From an uncultured delta proteobacterium (GTDB lineage: Bacteria; Desulfobacterota; Desulfobacteria; Desulfobacterales; Desulfosalsimonadaceae), in contig CAWGYD010000001.1 of assembly GCA_963826785.1 (NCBI GenBank), forward strand, positions 256,001 through 320,000: a stretch of 64,000 nt of DNA, given 5' to 3'. Positions 56,372 to 64,000 of this stretch are shown here, in pieces; positions within the stretch are counted from its first letter, which is position 1; every line of letters starts with the position of its first letter. Below the pieces are notes generated by a model that worked only from the letters and a program-made list of their open reading frames with translations, was not told where the DNA came from and did not search any database. The position numbers were made by a program, and so were the translations under genes.

Positions 56372-57793
56372 TCAGCACTCCTTTTTCCGCTGGTGCATGA
56401 AAGTGAAAAATTCCCGCCCTTCCCGGAGCCGCCTGCGGCAGACCTCCCGGTCGGTGATCATGCTCCTTAACATCCGCAGGATCGGCTTTGTGCGGAAATA
56501 GAACCGGTGGTAAAACATTTCCACGGCATCGAAGATCTCTTCTTTGGACAGGTTTTCAAACTCATGGGACGCATGCTGGACCCCCGATCCGGAAACGACC
56601 GCATCTTCGCAAAGCCAGTTGTTCGCCAGTGCCTGCCGGTAGAATTCCGTCCCCGGATAGGGTGTGGCGATGGACACCTGCAGGGTGTCCGGATCGAGTT
56701 CTTTTGCAAATGAGATGGTCTTTGCGATCGTCTCCCGGGTCTCGCCTGGCAGGCCGACCACGAAAGTGGCATGAACCGCAATGCCGAGTTTTTTGCAGGT
56801 GGAGATGAATTTCCGGGACTGCTCCGTGGTGATCCCTTTTTTGATGTTTTTCAGGATCTCATCGCTGCCGGATTCGACCCCGACCATGACCAGCCGCAGC
56901 CCGGATTCTTTCATGACCCGCAGGGTCCTTTCGGGAATATCGGCCCGGGAACTGCATGACCAGGTGATATTGAGCGGGGCGAGCCCCCGGGCGATTTCTT
57001 CGGCCCGCCGGGGTTTGGCGGTAAAGGCGTCGTCGTCAAAAAAAAATTCCCGGACCCGGGGGAACATCTGCCGCGCGCGGGCGATCTCGTCGACGACCTG
57101 GCCGGGGGAGCGGGTGCGGTACCTGCGGCCGGCGATGGTCTGGGGCCACAGGCAGAAGGTGCATTTCCCGGTGCAGCCGCGCCCGGTATAAAGGGCCAGG
57201 TAAGGATGCTGAAGATAGCCGATGAAGTATTTGTCGATGGACAGATCGCGCTGGTATACATCGAGCACCGAAGGCAGCGCATCCATGTCGGAAAGGGGGT
57301 CCCGGTCCCGGTTACGGACGATTCTCCCGTCCCGGAGATAAGATATCCCCTCCACTCCGGACAGGGGCCGCCCTGCCGCGATTTCTGCGACGGCGTAGTC
57401 GAACTCCCCCCGGACGACAAACTCCGGTCCGGCATCGCCGGCCAGCGCCGCTTCGGGAAGCGCGGTCACGTGGGGGCCCACCATCCCGATGCGCATGCCC
57501 GGATACCGCTGCCTGAAGCTTTCGGCCAGCGCGAGGTCATGGCAAAATCCCGGGGTGCTGGTATAGATGATGAGCACATCGAAGCCGTTTCCCTGACACA
57601 CGGTTTCTTCAAAGGTCATTTCTTCCACGGGGGCATCGATGACCCGGCTGTTCGGGCATAATGCCGCCGCCTGGGCAAGCCAGACCGGATACCAGAAGGA
57701 ACGGATTTCCCTTCTGGCCTGGTACCGGCTTCCGGCCCCCCCGTCGAATCCCGCAAAAGAGGGCGGATTGACAAACAGTACACGTTTTTCCAT
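56372..57793 (-). CDS. hpnJ: Hopanoid-associated radical SAM protein HpnJ
   Basis: PPSF.GFDGGAGSRYQA.RE..SFWYP.WLAQ; GRGCTGKCTFCLWPQT; RRLREG.EF at the C-terminus. Confidence 0.93.
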   Translation of the reverse strand: MEKRVLFVNPPSFAGFDGGAGSRYQARREIRSFWYPVWLAQAAALCPNSRVIDAPVEEMTFEETVCQGNGFDVLIIYTSTPGFCHDLALAESFRQRYPGMRIGMVGPHVTALPEAALAGDAGPEFVVRGEFDYAVAEIAAGRPLSGVEGISYLRDGRIVRNRDRDPLSDMDALPSVLDVYQRDLSIDKYFIGYLQHPYLALYTGRGCTGKCTFCLWPQTIAGRRYRTRSPGQVVDEIARARQMFPRVREFFFDDDAFTAKPRRAEEIARGLAPLNITWSCSSRADIPERTLRVMKESGLRLVMVGVESGSDEILKNIKKGITTEQSRKFISTCKKLGIAVHATFVVGLPGETRETIAKTISFAKELDPDTLQVSIATPYPGTEFYRQALANNWLCEDAVVSGSGVQHASHEFENLSKEEIFDAVEMFYHRFYFRTKPILRMLRSMITDREVCRRRLREGREFFTFMHQRKKEC

Positions 57794-58094
57794 GGTGGGT
57801 AGTCCCCTTCGCTGCTGCCGGAGTTTCTGCAAAATAATGTCCATCATCTTAACCGGTACGATAACAATCGATTATTGGGGGATCCATCTATTTTAGGTGC
57901 GGAACAGACAGTATTTTGATCATACCGCACATGGCAAATGACTACTGTATATGCCGAATTCCCCGGCCGTGCGGGCTCCCCCCGGTTTGTATTTCCATTT
58001 GATGAGATTATAATTCTAAAGTGGTTTTCGCGTAAGACAGGGTCTTTGGGCCCGTTATTCATAAAAGGACATAAATCAGAATGAGGAGCTTCAG

Positions 58095-59339
58095 TTGAAC
58101 CCATGTGCCATCACTGCCATACTGCTGGCGCCGGATGCAGGCGGAGAAAAGCGTATATACCGCGTACCGGCAGTCCGCAGGCTCGCCCTTCTCCTGCGCA
58201 GGGCGGGAATCCAACGGATCCATATCATCGGGCGCACCGCGATCACAGACCCGACGCTCTCCGATCTTCTCCCGCCGGAAGCCTTCCTCTCTGCAGGGGA
58301 AGGGCAACATCCGGCGAACTGCATCCATTCCCTTTCTTTGAATGATGATGATCAGGTTCTGATCATGCGGGCCGATCTGGTCATCGACCGGATTTTACTG
58401 GATCGCATGCTGGCGGAAGCGGGAAAGGGGCCGGGTGTTTTCATGCCTGCAGAAAAATCAGCGCCCGGTGACGGGCTTTATCTCACCGGGGCCGGAGCCG
58501 GGCAGAAAATCATAGAGGCGCTGTGGTCTTGTGGATTGTCTCCGGTCGAATCTTCTGCCGGTCTTCGCGTGGTCAGGGGAGAGTCGGGGCTGCCCTGCCG
58601 TGCCGGGGATGAAACCTCAAGACGGATTGCGGAGGAAGGGTTGATCCGGTCCCTGGGGGGTGCCACCACGGATGACGGGTTCATGGCCCGCCATGTGGAC
58701 CGGCGGGTTTCCCGTTTTTTCAGCAGGCGGCTGGCCCATACCCGGGTCTCGCCCAACCAGATCACGCTCATCGGGATGTCCATCGGGCTGCTGGGGGCGT
58801 TTTTCCTGTATCTGCCGGACTATGCCTTCCGGCTTTCCGGCGCGCTGCTCTTTGTCCTGTGTGTGGTCATCGACGGTGTGGATGGGGAGGTCGCCCGTTT
58901 GAAACTCATGGAGACGGATTTCGGGCATGCCCTCGATATCATCACCGACAATGTCGTGCATGTCGCGGTATTTGTCGGCATCGGGGTCGGCCTCTACCAT
59001 CAGACGGGAAACAGTTTCTATCTTCATGCCCTGGGATTTCTGATTGCCGGTTTCGGCCTGAGCGCCATTTCGGTGTACTGCTGCATCCTGAAGCGCAGCC
59101 CGGAAGAGATCGTTCGGTTTCCCCGGACCATGCGGCTGATGACCCTTCTGGCCAGCCGGGATTTTGCCTATCTCGTCCTGATTTTCGCGGCCTTTGATCG
59201 CCTGGCCTGGTTTCTGACGGCCACGTCGGCTGGGATTTATCTTTTCAATGCGCTGCTCTGGGGCTTTTGCCTGCTCGAAATCCACCGGCAAAAACCGGGT
59301 TTTTCAAAACCTTACAAGATCGTCAAAAATGATTTATGA
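58095..59339 (+). CDS. CDP-alcohol phosphatidyltransferase with a degenerate N-terminal NTP-transferase-like domain
   Basis: RBS GAGGAG, TTG start; SPNQIT and DGVDGEVAR......FG..LD...D motifs. Confidence 0.85.
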   Translation: MNPCAITAILLAPDAGGEKRIYRVPAVRRLALLLRRAGIQRIHIIGRTAITDPTLSDLLPPEAFLSAGEGQHPANCIHSLSLNDDDQVLIMRADLVIDRILLDRMLAEAGKGPGVFMPAEKSAPGDGLYLTGAGAGQKIIEALWSCGLSPVESSAGLRVVRGESGLPCRAGDETSRRIAEEGLIRSLGGATTDDGFMARHVDRRVSRFFSRRLAHTRVSPNQITLIGMSIGLLGAFFLYLPDYAFRLSGALLFVLCVVIDGVDGEVARLKLMETDFGHALDIITDNVVHVAVFVGIGVGLYHQTGNSFYLHALGFLIAGFGLSAISVYCCILKRSPEEIVRFPRTMRLMTLLASRDFAYLVLIFAAFDRLAWFLTATSAGIYLFNALLWGFCLLEIHRQKPGFSKPYKIVKNDL

Positions 59340-60656
59340 AGCTTCTGATCGTACAGCCATCTCATTACAAAAGCCGCTCCAATCGTTCCCTGCATAAAAT
59401 GCGCAAGCGCAAGTTCATCGGTCTGACGCTGCCCTACCTGGCCGCGCTGACCCCGGACGGGTGGGAGTGCTCGCTGGTGGATGAGCAGCTGGCGGATGTC
59501 GACTTTAACGCCTCTGCGGATCTTGTCGCCATCAGCGCCTGGACCATCAACTCTTTCAGGGCGTATGAGATTGCCGACCGGTTCAGACAGCGCGGCGTGC
59601 CGGTGATCATGGGCGGGCCGCACACCTATTTCTATGCGGCGGAAGCGGCAAAACATTGCGACTCCGTGGGGATCGGCGAGGGGGAAAGCATCTGGTCCGA
59701 AATGCTCGAGGACGCGGCCCGGGGGGAGTTGAAGCCGGTCTATCGGGGGATCGAGGCCGGAGAACTCCGGAACCTCCCTTTTCCCCGCTACGATCTGCTG
59801 GATCTCAAGAAGTACGGCCTGGTCCGGACCTTCGCCCTGCAGACCTCCCGGGGATGCCCCTTCAAATGCGAATTCTGCTCTGAACGCTTCTACCTGGGCT
59901 CCGGATATCGCTATCGGCCGGTGGCGGAGGTGATCGAGGAGATCAAAAGGACCGAAGGCGCGCTATATCCTGTTCGCGGAAAGCAATTTTGCGGGGAAGA
60001 TGAGCCATACCATGGAACTCATGGAGGCCCTGATCCCGTTAAAGATCAGATGGTCGACCCTGTGGTCCGCCTACCTGTGCAAGAACCGCGAGTTCATGGA
60101 CCTGGCCCGCCAGAGCGGGCTCTTGCATGTCAACATCGGGATTGAAAGCATCGAGGGCGCCACCCTGGCGGCCATGAACAAAAAGCAGAACAAGGTGGAG
60201 GAATACCGGGAGATTTTTAAAAACCTGAGAGACCGGGGCATCAGCTATTCGGTCAATCTGCAGTTCGGCTGGGACACGGAAACACCGGACGTTTTTGCCG
60301 CCACCCTTGAATTTCTCCACAGGGAAAGGGTGCCGGTGGCCTATTTCGACATCCTGACGCCGCACCGGGGAACCACTCTGTATGAGCGGATGCAGGCCGA
60401 AGGGCGCATCATCGATGATTACAACATCGGCAGATGGCCCGGCATCAACTGCTACCTGAAACCGGCCTATTGCTCCCCCCGGGAACTGGAACAAAACGTG
60501 GCCAGTACATTCAAGACCTTTTACCAGCTCCCCTCCATCATCGCCCGCCTTCCGATCCCACTGACCAAGAGCGCCATCGCTTCATGGGTCGTCAACCTGT
60601 CCCAGTGGAAAATCACCCATGCGGGCATGGCCATGGAGAACTTCGATCATTATTGA
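59336..60656 (+). CDS. B12-binding domain radical SAM protein (indel near 59955)
   Basis: L.LPYLAALTP, GGPH, GEGE, TSRGCPFKCEFC | IGIES, ILTP..GT.LY; the halves join as RT-ARYILFAESNF. Confidence 0.85.
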
Positions 60657-61276
60657 ATCGCCTTCTGCTGGAGGCGCATCTTTTCGATCAAATTATTGAA
60701 AGACGACCCCTTGATGACCCGGTTGAAGGAGTTGCGGTACTTCCCCGTGATGCTGACCCCGTCGATGACCACGTCCCGGATTCGCCATTTCCCATCCGTT
60801 ATGGCCAGGCGGTAATCCACCGGAATCTGCTCGTTGGGCCGGAAGATGAGGGTCTTTACGATGGTTTCCCCATCGACGTTTTCCGCGGGGGAATAGCGGA
60901 TCTGCTCCTGCTTGAGAAAATCCAGGACCAGCCGGGTGTAGGCGTCCTGGAACAGGTCCTGGAAAATGGAGGTGAACTCCGCCCGCTGTTTTTCGTCGAG
61001 TTCCTGCCAGTGGTCGGAAAGGGCGCTCTTGGCCATATCGGCCATGTCGATATTCCTGGAAATGACCGCCTTGATGGCGCTTCTTCTTTCTTCCCGGTGT
61101 TCCGGCCCGGCCATTTCCGGATTGTTCTGGATGGCCATGACCGCATCGAGCATGTTTGAGACATATTCCACGGGCCCTGCGGCGGCGCACCCTGCCTGCC
61201 GGACATAAATGAGCGGAATGAGACATGCCGCGATCAAGGCAACGATTTTTCGGGCAAAACAGGGTGTGGGGCACAT
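60650..61276 (-). CDS. hpnM: MlaC/Ttg2D-like periplasmic protein HpnM
   Basis: D...M...AL..HW..L...QR.EF and V.YRL.....WRI.DV.IDGVS....YR..F motifs; downstream of hpnN. Confidence 0.8.
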   Translation of the reverse strand: MCPTPCFARKIVALIAACLIPLIYVRQAGCAAAGPVEYVSNMLDAVMAIQNNPEMAGPEHREERRSAIKAVISRNIDMADMAKSALSDHWQELDEKQRAEFTSIFQDLFQDAYTRLVLDFLKQEQIRYSPAENVDGETIVKTLIFRPNEQIPVDYRLAITDGKWRIRDVVIDGVSITGKYRNSFNRVIKGSSFNNLIEKMRLQQKAIQ

Positions 61277-61324
61277 ATCGACCTCCTGGGATTCAATTTT
61301 TGGTAAATTTTTCCGGTTTAACCG

Positions 61325-64000
61325 CTATTCGGGTTTCAGAAACGAGCGCAGCGCCTCCAGCAATGCGGGCAGGAAAACGACCGCGGCCACCATGATGCTC
61401 AGGCTCCCGATCATGGCCAGCAGCCCCAGGCTGTAAATTCCCTGGTGGTGCGAAATGGTCAGGCTGCCGAAACCCACCGTTGTGGTGAGTCCGGCAAGAA
61501 TCACGCCCTTGGCCGTACTGACGGGGATGGCCGTCCCTTTTTGTCCCAAAGCCCCTTCCTGCTGCCGCCGCTGGAGGATGATGATGCCGTATTCCACGCC
61601 GGCCCCGACGATCAGCGGCAGAAAGAGGCTGTTGGCCAGGTTGAAATTGACATGGAATGCGTCCATCAGCCCCACGGTCCATATGGTGCCGACGATCAGC
61701 GGCGTCATGACCAGAGCGGCCTGGATAATGTTTCGAAACGTCAACAGGAGCAGCAGGGCGATGAAAACAGCCGCATACGCGGCCGCCTTGATGGTGGCAT
61801 CGCGAAAGGCCCGGGTGAAGATGAACAGGGTGATGGGGTCCCCCACCGCATCCGGGTCCACCTTCTGGAGATCATGGACGAACCGGCCGAGAAACGCGGG
61901 CTCCCAGATATCCCCGGCAGGGAAGATCCGCATGAGATAGTCCCCCTTTTTGGAAATATAGCGTTCGAGCAGGGACCGGGGCAGGTTGTCCACCTGCATC
62001 GGTTTCGCATGGATATTCATGCGCAGGATTTCGAGCTTGTCGTTTAGATCCTGCATGAAATTGATCTCAAACCGTTTCATGGAGCCGGCCAGAAGCGCGG
62101 GGTCCATGACGGAAAAGCGCTTGCGCAAGTCATCGATCAGACTGCGCACCTGACGCATCTGGATCTCGAGGGGTTTTGCCGCCCCCCACTCGGATGCCTG
62201 GGTATCGGCCATCTTGAAGCGGATCCGGCCCAGAACCGTGTCGAGCGCCGCAAGATCGACGGGATCGGTGTTGCTTTCGAGCGGTCCGATCCCGGAAATG
62301 ACGGGTGCAAGCGCCTGCAGAAGATGGATTTTTTCCGCCTGGTGTTCCGGAAGCATGCTCAGCACGCTCTGGACCTCGGACACCGTGGGCAGGGATTCAA
62401 GTGCGCGGGTCTTGGTCCGTACTTCTTCCATGGAATTTGCCAGCATGGCGCCATACATGCTGGACCGGTCGGACCCCGATATCAGCTTCTGCTCCCAGAC
62501 GACCGATTCCGCCCCCTGGGATTGAAGGTGCAGCATGTTCAAATCATAGGAGACGTTTTTCGCCCCCCACAGGGACAGGATGAATGCCAGGGCGGAGACG
62601 AAGAGCACGATCGCGGCGCCCCGCCTTTGCATCCGGAACAGGTACCGGGGGCGGCCCGGCCCGGCTTTCACCGCCGCCGGATCGGCCTTGTCGAATACCA
62701 TCACCAGGGCGGGCAGGAGGCAAAGTGTGGTCACCGTGGTCATGATCATGCCCATGGACGTGATCTCCCCCAGTTCCACCAGCCCCTTGAATCCGGTCAG
62801 GACCAGGGGGAAAAAAGAGACCGCCGCGGTCAGGCCGGCCAGCAGGATGCTGGGACCCAGCCGGAGCATGGCGGCCCGCAGGGCCTCTTCCCTGGATTGC
62901 CCGCCCTGCTGCAGTTCTTCCTGGTAGCGGGCGAGCCAGTGAATGCCGTAGTCGATCCCCAGTCCCAGAAGCAGGGGGGCAAAGGTGATGGACAGGATGT
63001 TGAGATGGCCGATGAAAAGCGTGGTCAGGCCGAAGGTCCAGGAAAGGGCCGTTACGAGTTCGACGATCTCCAGGACCGGCCGGCGCCAGCCCCGCCAGAA
63101 GATCATGAGCAGCAGGGCAAGACCTGAAAGCGAAAGGAGCGTGGCGACGCTGATGTCATTTAAGGAGGTGCTCATTTCATCCTGGTTGAGCGCCTCCTGG
63201 CCCGTGACCCCCACCGCTACATCGGGGAAGACCTCCCGGACCTGCGCAATGGTTTCCCGGAGCCCCTTCAGGGCGCTCAACGTATCGGAAAAGCCCGCTC
63301 CGGATGATTCGGGGGTGACAAACAGGAGGAGATACCGTTTCTCCCGGGTCCAGAAATACGCATCCTCCGAGTTTTCGTCCCAGGATGCGCCGGAAAAGAA
63401 TGAATTCCAGGGAGAAATAAATTGCGAATCCCCGTCCAGCCCGCGCTTCATTTCCGTCAATGCGCCGATGACAAAACTCAGGTCCAGCGGCTCCTGTTCT
63501 TTTCCGGAAGCGGGTTCATCGAGAAACCCGGTGAAGAGTTCCCCCACCATGGCGGACGCCATCTCGTGATTGACCCCGGCAAAAAAGCGGGTCAGCGTGG
63601 GGGAAACCGCCAGGTCACGGATGAGTTGCTCGTGTTCGCGCAGGTCTTTTTTAAGGCGCACAAGCTCATCTTCATCCAGGTAGAGCAGCGCCCAGGGCTT
63701 GAACTGCTCCGGGTCGACCCGGTAGAACACCTGGCGGTAGTGCCGGGTGTCGTTTTCCAGAAGGGGTGCAAGGCTGCGCAGAAAGGTGAGGGACCGGGCC
63801 GGGTTCGGCCCCTGGATGGCGACCACGAATGTGTCGAATTCATTGAAGGCGTGAATCGATCTGGACAGCTCCACATAGCGGTTTTCCGGAGAAATCAGAT
63901 CGATCTGGCTGGTCTCGAACCCGATGTTTTCAACGGTGTAATACATGGAAAGGCCCGCCAGAACCAGCGCCGCCGCCAGTATCGGCACGGGATGCCGGAT
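61325..64000 (-). CDS. hpnN: Hopanoid RND/MMPL transporter HpnN (5'-truncated by window edge)
   Basis: Two MMPL halves; LLGLGIDYGIH, G.VELG.I, LPLIVGAGVEYG and TT.VGFGSL.IS.H.GI.SLG motifs. Confidence 0.88.
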   Translation of the reverse strand: MRHPVPILAAALVLAGLSMYYTVENIGFETSQIDLISPENRYVELSRSIHAFNEFDTFVVAIQGPNPARSLTFLRSLAPLLENDTRHYRQVFYRVDPEQFKPWALLYLDEDELVRLKKDLREHEQLIRDLAVSPTLTRFFAGVNHEMASAMVGELFTGFLDEPASGKEQEPLDLSFVIGALTEMKRGLDGDSQFISPWNSFFSGASWDENSEDAYFWTREKRYLLLFVTPESSGAGFSDTLSALKGLRETIAQVREVFPDVAVGVTGQEALNQDEMSTSLNDISVATLLSLSGLALLLMIFWRGWRRPVLEIVELVTALSWTFGLTTLFIGHLNILSITFAPLLLGLGIDYGIHWLARYQEELQQGGQSREEALRAAMLRLGPSILLAGLTAAVSFFPLVLTGFKGLVELGEITSMGMIMTTVTTLCLLPALVMVFDKADPAAVKAGPGRPRYLFRMQRRGAAIVLFVSALAFILSLWGAKNVSYDLNMLHLQSQGAESVVWEQKLISGSDRSSMYGAMLANSMEEVRTKTRALESLPTVSEVQSVLSMLPEHQAEKIHLLQALAPVISGIGPLESNTDPVDLAALDTVLGRIRFKMADTQASEWGAAKPLEIQMRQVRSLIDDLRKRFSVMDPALLAGSMKRFEINFMQDLNDKLEILRMNIHAKPMQVDNLPRSLLERYISKKGDYLMRIFPAGDIWEPAFLGRFVHDLQKVDPDAVGDPITLFIFTRAFRDATIKAAAYAAVFIALLLLLTFRNIIQAALVMTPLIVGTIWTVGLMDAFHVNFNLANSLFLPLIVGAGVEYGIIILQRRQQEGALGQKGTAIPVSTAKGVILAGLTTTVGFGSLTISHHQGIYSLGLLAMIGSLSIMVAAVVFLPALLEALRSFLKPE

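Overview
Bacterial DNA whose gene content and repeat families suggest Desulfobacterota (an inference). About 10 single-base indels split otherwise intact genes and look like assembly errors. The dominant feature is a ~27 kb co-oriented minus-strand multiheme cytochrome cluster (7732-34594). By manual count it encodes 14 c-type cytochromes with ~114 heme-binding motifs. It includes three cytochrome b/octaheme/triheme inner-membrane modules, two giant 18- and 20-heme proteins partly built from tandem OmcE-like tetraheme units, and four NHL beta-propellers. It also includes an outer-membrane beta-barrel, a stand-alone OmcE-like tetraheme nanowire candidate and a 12-heme protein with an OmcE-like N-terminal domain. 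Together these look like a complete quinol-to-cell-exterior electron conduit. The rest of the window holds the end of a TauE operon, ydbH-ynbE-ydbL, a GAF sigma54 activator, a MORN lipoprotein, an SLC13 permease with an extra N-terminal domain, PBP1B plus an LpoP-like TPR lipoprotein, and a PAS hybrid kinase. It also holds a c-di-GMP-I riboswitch over a secreted PHP hydrolase and an AFL-type lipase, a second cytochrome pair (MtrC/OmcA-like decaheme plus octaheme), MITE/REP-like repeats, and a hopanoid cluster (hpnN, hpnM, hpnJIK) with an inserted CDP-alcohol transferase/B12 radical SAM pair. All family calls are from motif recognition; no database search was run.
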